Origin: Thermoplasmata archaeon
GTDB lineage: Archaea; Thermoplasmatota; Thermoplasmata; Halarchaeoplasmatales; Halarchaeoplasmataceae
Length of the DNA: 64,000 nucleotides
Reading direction: 5' to 3'
Assembly: GCA_003554965.1 (NCBI GenBank)
Contig: PWHR01000063.1
Coordinates: forward strand, 30,134-94,133
Shown: piece after piece, positions 1 through 10,100 of the stretch
How positions within the stretch are numbered: position 1 is the stretch's first letter
How the letters are laid out: each line of letters opens with the position of its first letter
Made by a program: the position numbers and the translations under genes
The notes under the pieces: generated by a model
What the model saw: the letters and a program-made list of their open reading frames with translations, nothing else
Told to the model about the DNA's origin: nothing
The model's database searches: none

Positions 1-153
1 AAGACCCTGGGTCCTTCACGTGAGGACGATGAGCCCTACGACAAGACCAGGGATTTTTACAGAGCTGTCGGATTCGTCCCTCTAGAGGAGTTCGAAAGTC
101 TTTGGGATGAAGAGAATCCATGCCTGTTCATGGTCAAAGCGATAGAAAATTAA
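1..153 (+). CDS. GNAT-family N-acetyltransferase, C-terminal part (runs off window start)
   Basis: Manual translation of frame 1: KTLGPSREDDEPYDKTRDFYRAVGFVPLEEFESLWDEENPCLFMVKAIEN*. Contains the GNAT motif-B-like 'FY..xGF'. Confidence 0.7.
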   Translation, partial: KTLGPSREDDEPYDKTRDFYRAVGFVPLEEFESLWDEENPCLFMVKAIEN

Positions 154-281
154 AATATCTAATATATATTGTTGATTTATTCTGATTTTCATAATAACCA
201 ACTTTTTGATATATGGCAGGGTTAAAAGGATGGAATGTATGTAAATCTGAAAAAAAGACATCCTAGATATATCGATGATGA

Positions 282-3200
282 TCAATCATATAAGAGTTCA
301 CTAGCCTCCTGACACCTTTTTTTCCAAAGATTTATATCATGGGAATCGAAATAATCTAAAGCTGAGTCTAAATAATCTTTTGCCTCTCTTTTTTTATCTG
401 TTTTTATTTTAAAAATCCCTAGCTCATATAACAACTTATAGTATTCAACATTATCTTTTATATCACTGATTATATCTTTGGCTTTTTGTAATTCTTTTTC
501 CGCCTTTTCCACCTCACGCTCTTCCTTGTATATTTTACCTAAAATTTTATGGCTTATACCTTTTTCTTTTTTAGCTCCGATTTTTTCACTCAGCTCAAGA
601 GCCTCTTGGGCGGCTTGTAAAGCCATATCTAGCTTGTTTTTATCCATATACAATTCGGCTAGACTATTTTTTGTGTGGATTATTCCAATCTTGTTGTTGA
701 TCTCTTTTTCCATTTTTAAACTTTTATTGTAATAGCGCTCGGCTTTTTCGCGATCAGACTTAAGATGATAAATCCAACCAATGTTGTGTAGTGAAGTACC
801 GAGACTGGTTTTGTCCTCGATTTCTCTTCTAAGGACGAGTCCTTTTTCGTAGTAGTCTAATGCTTTATCTAATTCTCCCATGTCTTCGTATACACTGCCT
901 ATATTGTTGAATGAGTTGGCTATCCCCGACCTATCACCTATCTTTTTTCTCATGTCTAGACTTTTTTCGTGATATTCTAAAGCTTTATCTATACGTCCAA
1001 TTGAATGGTAGATTAGTGCGATGTTGTTCAGAATACCGTCTAATCCTTTTTTAGCCCCTAATTCTTTCTTTATCTTGAAACTTTTTTTATAATAATTCAA
1101 GGCTTTATCCAATTCGCTTTCGTAATAATATATGCTCCCTAGATTAACCGTCGATTTCCAAAGTCCAGAATAGTCTTCAACCTCCTTCCAAAAATCTATC
1201 GCCTTTTTCATATTTTTCTTGGCTCGCTGATAATTTCCCTTTTTGATATTGAGATTGCCAAGATTATGAAGTGCTTGGGATAATATTCTTTTATCATCTA
1301 TTTTTTTTGCTATCTCCCTCTGTTTCTCAAATATTTTTTTTGCTTCTTCATGATCTCCTTTTCTGAAGAGAACATTACCTTTAGCATCCAATAACTTACA
1401 TTCTAAGTCAGACTCATCGACTCCTAATTTAAGTCCTTCATTGACCACATCTAGTGCATCATCATACCTACCTAATCTAGAGTGAATTTTACTCATCTCA
1501 GCAAAGCTCTTAATTTTGATTTTTTCATCATCAGATTCGTTACAAAGTCTATCGAAGATATCAACTGCTCTACCGAAATTCCCCACAATCTTATTGACTT
1601 CTCCTAACCTATAAAGTATAGATGGTTCGTCCAGTTCATCATCACAAAGAGACAGAGCCTTTTCATAGATCTTTATTGCATTATCGTGGCCGTAGACTTT
1701 CTCGGCTTCTTTACCCGCTTGATAGTAATAATCTACAGCTTTTTCTGTGTTTTCAGCTTTTTCAAATTGATAACCTAGATAATAATAGTTTTCGACATCC
1801 CCTTCCCCGGAGAACTCTTCTATCTTTTTGGCAACCAGGCTGTGGAGTCTTTTTCTTTTGAAATGAGGTATGTCATTATAAACCACCTCATTAACAATGT
1901 TGTGTGTAAAAATAAAACAATCTTTCTCAGGTATCTCTTTCCATATATTTTGATCCAATAGTTCGTGAATGATATCTAAAAGCTCTCTTTCTTTTACCTC
2001 CGATACCTGTTCCAGCAACTCAAAAGGAACCTCAATACCGATCACACATCCTATAGCGCAAATCTTTCTAGCCTTTTCAGAAAGACGGAAATTTAATCTC
2101 CTTTTTATCACTTCCTCAATGACTTCAGGAATATCCAAATCTTTTGGATCAGTCGGATAATCATTTAGGCTTATCGGTAATTTTTTCTCATCATCCAATA
2201 ATTTGATGAACTCTTTTATGAAAAGAGGATTTCCACCAGATAACGAGTATATAGGGGTGATGAAGTCAGAAGGAAGTTCTTGAGAATTCAGAAGAGAAGC
2301 TACTAATTCCTTAGTATGTTCCCACTTAAAGGTATCAAGGACTATTTTTTCGTATTGATGTCTCCTTTTGAGTCCTTTCAACATTTCATCTAGAGGATGA
2401 TTTTGATCGATTTCTTCGGGTCTAAACGCACATAGGAAGAAGACAGGATATTCTGAAACATCATCAATCAAATAATTCAAAAGCGTTATCGAAGCTTTAT
2501 CAGACCACTGAAAATCATCAAAAAAGATAACTAGCGCTTTATTCTCAGCCAAGCTTTTCAGTTCTTTACTAAATTCAAAGAACCGCGAACGCCGTTCAAC
2601 ATCAAAAGATTTTTTTTCCCTGATCAACCTTTCATCACTTATTTTTTCCCTCTCAAATATCCACTGCATTGAGGATTTATCATCCATGTAACCACTGAAC
2701 GCTTTTTTGAAAGGAAGGTAGGGTTCGTAGGTGTCGCGGTATGCTTTTCCTTCTAAAAAAATGAGATCGTGATTTTCTAAACTCTGTTTGAATTCTCTTG
2801 CCAATGTAGTTTTACCTGTTCCCGCCTCTCCTTCTAAAAAAACAGTCATACAATTTCCTTTTTTACAATTATCTAGTCGATCCATTAAAAAATTCAATTC
2901 ATCTTTTCTATCTATAAACCTACTTTTTTCTTTTTTATTTTTTTCAGTCAAATCTAAAACATCATTTTTGACATTTATAAGCGCATATAGCAAGGGGTCT
3001 TGATCATCGATATATTGATCTAACATTTTACCGTTGATTTTCTTTTTGATGTCAGGAGTTTTTATCTTGAATTTATGATCTTGAAGGGTGTCTCGTAATT
3101 CTTTTTCTCTCTTTTTACCTTTAGATGTTAAGAAATAAACCTTTCTTTTTCTACTCTGTGTATTTTCTACATACATCTTTTTTTCTTTGACTAATCCTTC

Positions 3201-3365
3201 ATCCATCATCTTTCTAAGAATTCTACTGATATGACTACGACTACCCTTTACTTTTTCTGCGATCCCTTTTTGAGAAATATCATACTTCGCCTGTCTTCCC
3301 TCATATTGATCTTGTTCATAACTCCCCAGATGAAGGAGAACTCTATGTTCTATCTTTGGTTCCAT
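282..3365 (-). CDS. wHTH - STAND-type P-loop ATPase - TPR repeat protein
   Basis: N-terminal wHTH (SQKGIAEKVKGSRSHISRILRKMMDEGLV...YFLTSKG), Walker A GEAGTGKT, Walker B IFFDDFQW, STAND GGNPLF motif, and more than 10 TPR-like repeats (NNIGSVYEDMGELDKALDYYEKGL). Confidence 0.85.
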   Translation of the reverse strand: MEPKIEHRVLLHLGSYEQDQYEGRQAKYDISQKGIAEKVKGSRSHISRILRKMMDEGLVKEKKMYVENTQSRKRKVYFLTSKGKKREKELRDTLQDHKFKIKTPDIKKKINGKMLDQYIDDQDPLLYALINVKNDVLDLTEKNKKEKSRFIDRKDELNFLMDRLDNCKKGNCMTVFLEGEAGTGKTTLAREFKQSLENHDLIFLEGKAYRDTYEPYLPFKKAFSGYMDDKSSMQWIFEREKISDERLIREKKSFDVERRSRFFEFSKELKSLAENKALVIFFDDFQWSDKASITLLNYLIDDVSEYPVFFLCAFRPEEIDQNHPLDEMLKGLKRRHQYEKIVLDTFKWEHTKELVASLLNSQELPSDFITPIYSLSGGNPLFIKEFIKLLDDEKKLPISLNDYPTDPKDLDIPEVIEEVIKRRLNFRLSEKARKICAIGCVIGIEVPFELLEQVSEVKERELLDIIHELLDQNIWKEIPEKDCFIFTHNIVNEVVYNDIPHFKRKRLHSLVAKKIEEFSGEGDVENYYYLGYQFEKAENTEKAVDYYYQAGKEAEKVYGHDNAIKIYEKALSLCDDELDEPSILYRLGEVNKIVGNFGRAVDIFDRLCNESDDEKIKIKSFAEMSKIHSRLGRYDDALDVVNEGLKLGVDESDLECKLLDAKGNVLFRKGDHEEAKKIFEKQREIAKKIDDKRILSQALHNLGNLNIKKGNYQRAKKNMKKAIDFWKEVEDYSGLWKSTVNLGSIYYYESELDKALNYYKKSFKIKKELGAKKGLDGILNNIALIYHSIGRIDKALEYHEKSLDMRKKIGDRSGIANSFNNIGSVYEDMGELDKALDYYEKGLVLRREIEDKTSLGTSLHNIGWIYHLKSDREKAERYYNKSLKMEKEINNKIGIIHTKNSLAELYMDKNKLDMALQAAQEALELSEKIGAKKEKGISHKILGKIYKEEREVEKAEKELQKAKDIISDIKDNVEYYKLLYELGIFKIKTDKKREAKDYLDSALDYFDSHDINLWKKRCQEASELLYD

Positions 3366-3489
3366 GGGCCTCTTACATGTATATTCAGAAGCTTATTCTT
3401 ATATCTTGCCCACAATACACATTAAAGACCCTAGTACACATGTGTGACCAACATTGATATATCACCGAAATACTTTTTTTGATGAGAAT

Positions 3490-6400
3490 ATGATGAAGAA
3501 AAGCCACTATGTTTTGAGTATGGTGATAGCAACTCTACTAGTGATATCATTATTTTCAGTAGCTGCCGGAGCTATAGTTGATTTAGATACGTCCCAACCT
3601 TCTATCGAGGAAGAACTTGGTATCGATCAGAACGAAATGGATAGTGAGTCTCTGGAAAAAGTAGGTTCTGAGGAATATGAAGAGATCTCTCCAATAAGGA
3701 TAGATGACGACGATGATCTTGAGGATGCTGCCGATGAACACAACTGGCCTGGAGACGGATCTGAGGAAGATCCTTACATAATCGAAAATTATGAACTAGA
3801 CGGTGATGGCTACGGTTACGGTATTTTCATGGGTAATGTAACTGATCATTTTATAATACGTGAGAACTATATTCACAGTGCAAGAGGTGATGACGAACCT
3901 TATTACGAAAACAGTGGTATCTATATTTACAATACTACAAATGGAGAGATAAGAGATAATGATCCGATAACGAATAACGATTTTGGAATCAGGATGGTGA
4001 ATTCACAGGAAAATCTAGTGATAAATAACAATGTTTCAGAGAACGAAGGTGAGGGATGGAATGATGGACACGGCATTTATATAGAAAATTCTGATTCCAA
4101 TAGTTTCGAAAACAACACTATATCAGAAAGTGAAGATATTGGGATGCTTGTAGAAGCCTCCGATTACAACGACTTCTTGAACAACGAGGTATCCTACAAT
4201 GGAGAATTTGGGATCATACTGCGAGACACGATAGGAAACGAGTTCGAAGACAATGAGATGATCGATGACGGCATTTGGTTTGAAGGAGATGAAATGGAGA
4301 ATTGGGACAGCCACACCATTGACGAGTCAAACACAGTCAATGAAGATCCGATATATTATTGGGTCGAAGAGTCAGATGATACAGTTCCAGATGATGCTGG
4401 GCAGATAATTTTGGTCAACAGTACGGGTGTGACAATAGAAGATCAACACATAAGTGAAACTGATGTAGGTATAACTCTTGCCTATTCTAATGAAAACACC
4501 ATCACGGATAATACCGTTTTAGATAATTTTTGGCATGGTATCCATCTAGAGGAATCTCATAGAAACGATCTGGTAGATAATACAGTGGAAGAAAACGAAC
4601 ATGGTATATTCTTTTTGTATTCTTCTGAAAACACTATAATTGATAACGAAGTCCATTACAACGATTGGCATGGCATATCCTTAAGGGATTTCTCGATGTC
4701 TAATACTATATCTGAAAACAACGCTACAAACAACGGTGTTGTTCAAACAGCAGCAAACGCGATATACCTTAGAGATGATTCGAACGAGAATCTTGTTACT
4801 AACAATACCCTTTCAGAAAATCCTAGAGGGATCTTCATTAGAGAGACCAGCGATAATCATATAGAGAATAATACAGTTACAGATAATGAAGATAGCGGAA
4901 TAAGATTGTTCATTGAAAACGAAAACAATAAGGTCATAAATAACTATCTCGAAAACAGCGGAGAAAGACACGGTATAGGAGTTCACCGCTCGGATTCAAA
5001 TGAGATAATTGACAACACGATATTAGACCATGAAGAGTACGCAATTGAGATTGAGGGGGATTCAGAAGATCTTTACATAAGTGGCAATGAGATGGTACAA
5101 GGTGGTTTAGGTCTTTCAGGTACTATACTTGAAGGCTATAATACTCACGAAATACATGAAAACAACACAGTCAACGGTGATCCTGTTTATTACTGGAGAG
5201 ACCAAGACGGAGGGGAGATACCATCTGACGCCGGACAGGTAATCTTGTCTAACAGTACAGACGTGACAGTCGATGGTTTGGAGGTGAGCAACGCATCTAT
5301 GGGAATCAACCTCGGCTTTTCGGAAGATATCACAATTACTAACAACATCGCTAACGATGGAGATTTCGGCATCAGGATGCAGGAGTCACACAACAATTTT
5401 ATCAAGAATAACGAGCTTTCTAGGAACATTTTCTCCGGACTCTATGTGTATGACTCCGATTATAATGAAATCGTTTCTAATACTGTATCTGACACGATTG
5501 ACCTTTACGGTATCTACCTTTTCAATTCAGATGAGAGTGTACTCTATCACAATAATATAGTAGATAATGAATTCCAGGCTTATAGTTTTGGTTCTGAAAC
5601 CAGTGAATGGGACAATGGTTACCCAGATGGAGGTAACTATTGGTCCGACTATGATGGAGTCGATCTCTATCACGGAGAGGATAGGGATCAGCCAGGAAGC
5701 GATGGAATAGGAGATACGGAACACGACGGAGATTTTGTCACCGATGAATATCCTCTTATGGAACCCGCTGAGACCCCTCATGTCAGGATAGACCATCCTA
5801 ACGATCATCCGGAAGAAGATCAGTATATCACCGATGAAGAGGTAACCATTGAATTGAGCGGTATGTACAGATATACAGATACGCTTTATTATGAAATACG
5901 ACTGAATGAAGGCGATTGGATCGACTTAGGAACTGATTCCTCTTATACGTTCGATGATCTCGAAGATGGAGAGTACGGATTAGAAGTGAGGGTAAGCGAT
6001 GGAGAAGGAAATACAGATTACAATAGTGCAGAATTTGTTCTCGACACAGAAACACCGGTTCTAGATATAACTTCTCCTGAAGAGGGGACAATCATCTCTG
6101 TTGATACCTTCACTGTGGCATGGTCAGCCTACGATAACACTAGTGGTTTGGATTACAGTGAAGTCAGATTGAATGATGGGGAATGGACCCAGGTCGGTAG
6201 AGCTACTGCACACACTTTCACTGAACTCGAGGATGAAGAAAATATGATTGAAGTAAGGACATGGGACCAAGCAGGACATAACTCTACAGATGAATTGATG
6301 GTCGAAGTAATGACAGAGCCTTCACTAGATATAATAGCCTTCGAAAATGACGTAGAGACTGATGAAGCGATGATATCTGGAGAGGCAGAGGAAGGAGTAA

Positions 6401-7116
6401 ATGTTTGGATAGATGATGAGGAAGTCGAACTGGACGAAGAGTTCAGCTTCGAGGAAACAGTGATGCTCGAAGGAGGCGAGAACTACATCGAGATAGTCGC
6501 TGAAGACGAAGCTGGTAACCAGAACACGAAAGAGATCACCGCTGCATACATACCACAGATTGATGAACTAAGAGGCGAAATAGACGATCTGAGAGAGGAT
6601 CTAGAAGGCCAGATAGACGAGCTGAGAGGAGACCTAGAAGTCCAGATAGACGATTTGAGAGACGATCTAGAGGATGTAGAGGAAGATCTACAAGGTCAAA
6701 TAGATGATCTCGAAGGCGAGATAGCTGATATAGAAGGCCAGATAGATGCATTGAGCAACGATCTAGAGGATGTAGAGGAAGATCTACAAGGTCAAATAGA
6801 TGACCTAGAAGTAGACATTGATGATATAGAGGCTGACATAACAGAGATCGAAGATGACATAGATGGTATAGAGAACGATATAGCGGCACTAGAAGATGAC
6901 ATAGATGAGGTATGGACCGAGTTGGAAGGATTCCAGGAAGAGCAGGAAGAGATAGACGAAGATCAAGACGACGACATCGACATGGCTAGAAATCTGGGGA
7001 TAGTCGGTATAGTTCTGGCTATACTTGCACTGGTCATTGCGATAGTCGCCATGATGAAGAATAAGGACGAAAGTGAATCAATATCAGCAGAACAGGACGA
7101 AGAAGATATTTTATAA
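3490..7116 (+). CDS. Secreted, membrane-anchored surface protein: NosD/CASH right-handed beta-helix, Ig/FN3-like domains, acidic coiled-coil stalk, C-terminal TM
   Basis: Signal peptide after ATG 3490; many 'N.I..N.I..N..GI.L..S..N' parallel beta-helix repeats; NYWSDY motif; heptad/hendecad acidic repeats; terminal hydrophobic helix. ORF track start 3454 is an upstream in-frame TTG. Confidence 0.8.
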   Translation: MMKKSHYVLSMVIATLLVISLFSVAAGAIVDLDTSQPSIEEELGIDQNEMDSESLEKVGSEEYEEISPIRIDDDDDLEDAADEHNWPGDGSEEDPYIIENYELDGDGYGYGIFMGNVTDHFIIRENYIHSARGDDEPYYENSGIYIYNTTNGEIRDNDPITNNDFGIRMVNSQENLVINNNVSENEGEGWNDGHGIYIENSDSNSFENNTISESEDIGMLVEASDYNDFLNNEVSYNGEFGIILRDTIGNEFEDNEMIDDGIWFEGDEMENWDSHTIDESNTVNEDPIYYWVEESDDTVPDDAGQIILVNSTGVTIEDQHISETDVGITLAYSNENTITDNTVLDNFWHGIHLEESHRNDLVDNTVEENEHGIFFLYSSENTIIDNEVHYNDWHGISLRDFSMSNTISENNATNNGVVQTAANAIYLRDDSNENLVTNNTLSENPRGIFIRETSDNHIENNTVTDNEDSGIRLFIENENNKVINNYLENSGERHGIGVHRSDSNEIIDNTILDHEEYAIEIEGDSEDLYISGNEMVQGGLGLSGTILEGYNTHEIHENNTVNGDPVYYWRDQDGGEIPSDAGQVILSNSTDVTVDGLEVSNASMGINLGFSEDITITNNIANDGDFGIRMQESHNNFIKNNELSRNIFSGLYVYDSDYNEIVSNTVSDTIDLYGIYLFNSDESVLYHNNIVDNEFQAYSFGSETSEWDNGYPDGGNYWSDYDGVDLYHGEDRDQPGSDGIGDTEHDGDFVTDEYPLMEPAETPHVRIDHPNDHPEEDQYITDEEVTIELSGMYRYTDTLYYEIRLNEGDWIDLGTDSSYTFDDLEDGEYGLEVRVSDGEGNTDYNSAEFVLDTETPVLDITSPEEGTIISVDTFTVAWSAYDNTSGLDYSEVRLNDGEWTQVGRATAHTFTELEDEENMIEVRTWDQAGHNSTDELMVEVMTEPSLDIIAFENDVETDEAMISGEAEEGVNVWIDDEEVELDEEFSFEETVMLEGGENYIEIVAEDEAGNQNTKEITAAYIPQIDELRGEIDDLREDLEGQIDELRGDLEVQIDDLRDDLEDVEEDLQGQIDDLEGEIADIEGQIDALSNDLEDVEEDLQGQIDDLEVDIDDIEADITEIEDDIDGIENDIAALEDDIDEVWTELEGFQEEQEEIDEDQDDDIDMARNLGIVGIVLAILALVIAIVAMMKNKDESESISAEQDEEDIL
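6662..6803 (+). repeat. 46-bp exact direct repeat (6662-6707 and 6758-6803, 96-bp period) in the coiled-coil coding region
   Basis: acgatctagaggatgtagaggaagatctacaaggtcaaatagatga occurs twice, encoding DLEDVEEDLQGQID. Confidence 0.9.
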
Positions 7117-7165
7117 ACCCACAAAACCCCTTTTTATTTATTATTTGAAAAGCTTTGGTGGAAAT

Positions 7166-10100
7166 ATGTCAGGCATGAAAAAGAAAACATTAGCTCTGAT
7201 ATGCACGAGCATTATGGTGATTTCATTATTCGCTCTCATTCCAGGAGGTACTGTAACAGGAGAAGAACAATCTAAGGAAGTAATACTAGTAGAGAGTGCA
7301 AATCTAGAAGATGTTAATTCGCTGGAAGGCATGGGCGTAGAAATTTTGGATCAGTACGGACAATATACTTTGATAAATGCAGAAGAAAAGACTATAGATA
7401 ACATACAAGAAAAAGGCTATCAGATCGATACTCTTTCGGAAAGTTCAGAGATACATGTCAAGGGCCATACTTTTGATATTGAGGATAAAGAACCGGATTT
7501 GGATGGCGATATGAGCATCGAAAACCGAGATGATGGTGAAGAAGGCATTCATATAATAAACACAGTTGGTCCGGTCAATCCTGAATGGATCGAGATCCTA
7601 GAAGAAAAAGGGGTGGAGATAATAAATTATGTGCCTAACTATGCTTTTGAAGTGATCATGACCCCTGAGCAAGCAGAACAGGTCGAGGAACTGTTTTTCG
7701 TTGACTGGGTTGGAATTTATCAACCTGAGTTCAAGATGCACAGTCAGATTGAAGAGGCCATGGATAAAGATATGGCACTCAATGTCAGATTAAGACCTGG
7801 TTTTGAACCAGGCATTTTGAATCAGATCAACACCGAACTTGATGTTCTCGCTCAGGAAGATCTTCGAGAAGACGGTTATCGTTTGACTGTAAATGTTGAT
7901 TCTATCGACGAGGTGAAAGATCTTGCAGTAGAAAACGATGTGTACTATATTTCACCATATGTAGAACCGGAACTCCATGGTGAGATAGATGCTCAGATAA
8001 TAGGTGGTGGGGCTTGGATTATGGACGATGAACATGGCACTCCGGATGAACCCTATAGGAAACATGGAAATTATGGTGGTTATATCAATCAGATAGGCTA
8101 TACCGGTCAAGACGTCACAGTAGCTGTCGCCGATACTGGAGTTGGAGATGGAACAACTGGCGATGCCGGACATCCAGATTTCACAGACAGGGTGATTGAT
8201 GGATACGGGTTTAATGATGAGGACGAATGGCAGGATGGCCATGGTCATGGCACGCACGTTTTGGGATCGGCAGCTGGAGATACCCATCACGGTGGCGGTG
8301 AAGAAGTCATTTATGAAGGTGTTTATCCAGGATTTGCCCCATATTATATGGGACAAGGTTTAGCTTCTGAATCTGAAATATTTTCAACTAAAATATTCGA
8401 TGATGGTGGAGCTTTCTTACCTGAGGAGTATTATCCGATAGTTGAAATTCCTGCCCAGGAGAGCGATACTTATGTTCATATGAATTCATGGGGTGCTGGA
8501 ACTAGAGGTGAATATAGCGATTCTGACGAAGCATATGATCAATTAGTAAGAGACGCTGATAGAGACACTGAGAACAACGAAGAAATGGTGATAACAAGTT
8601 CTGCTGGAAACGACGGTCAGGGAGGTGAACAAACAACAGGTAGCCCTGGTCATGCTAAAAACGTCATATCTGTAGGTGCTACAGAAACTTACAAACCAGA
8701 TGGAGGTGAGCACGGAGGTAGTAACACTGATAATCCAGACATGATAGCGGACTTCAGTTCACAAGGTTGGACCGAAGATAATCGGATAAAACCCGATGTG
8801 GTTGCGCCCGGAGATAATATAATTTCAACTGCTAGTCCTGAAGCCCACGGAGAGCCCACTTATTCTTGGATGTCTGGAACATCGATGTCTAATCCAGCCG
8901 TTGCTGGTGCAGCTGCAGTGGTGGTCGAATGGTACGAAGAAAATTTTGATAAAACTCCTAGTCCTGCGATGGTGCGCTCTCTACTCATAAATACCGCCGA
9001 ACCACTTGATGAAGAAAACGGTAATACTGGGTCCGTACCCAATCGAAAAGAAGGTTGGGGTATGGTAGATATATCAAAATTAGAATACCCCTATGATTCT
9101 CCTATACAATTCACACTTGAAGATCAGGATTCTTTGTTAACAACAGGAGAAGTAGATGAACATCTAGTTTCGCCTATGGAAGATGACGAACCTTTAAAGA
9201 TTACGGTTACTTGGACCGATGAAAATGCTTTAGCTGGTGACAGCGAAGGAGGTACACCTACTTTAAAGAACAATCTCGATCTCGAGGTCGAAACCCCTGA
9301 TGGAGAGATAATAAGAGGTAACTCTTTTGATCTCTCAGGGGACGGAGAAAGCGATGACGGTTATACTTACCCAGAAGCAGAAGTCATGGATGACTTCGAT
9401 TATAACGAGGACGGATGGGACGATGTTAACAATGTTCAAAATGTGTTTATACCTCCGGAAGAGCTCGAAGATGGGGCTTACACAGTTAGAGTAAAAGGTA
9501 CTAACGTACCTAGTGATGCTAACAATGATGGACAACCCAATCAGGACTATGCATTATCCGTATTCAATACAGAGCCTCCTTCAGACGGTATTATACGGAT
9601 GGACAGTGATAGATATGCTTTAGAAGATGAAGTAGGTCTTACGGTTTTAGATGGTGAGTTAGGTGAAGAAGAATATATCGATATTGGCATCTATAGTGAT
9701 ACGGATCCAGAAGGTTTGAACTGGACACTTCAGGGATCAGAAGAAACTTTCGAATTCACAGGAGAAGTTCCTATTTCAGAGAGCGAAGGAGAAGATGTAT
9801 TAAAAGTTAGCCATGGTGATTCAATCACTGCTGAATACTGGGATGAAGATATAGGAGACGGAACCGGGTCGTTGAAAACAACAACGGCATATGTGGATGG
9901 TGAGAGTCCATATCCCCCTCTTTTGAGAGAGGTCGACTGGTACGGATTTCAAGAAGTGGATTCCTATCATGACGATGTAGAAGACGGGGATAAAGGTTAT
10001 ACTATTGAAAAATCTCATACAAATGCTAGTGATTGGGGGATTAGATCGAATGACGCATCTGTCGGTAATCATTCTTGGGACTTTGGAGATGGAGAATACA

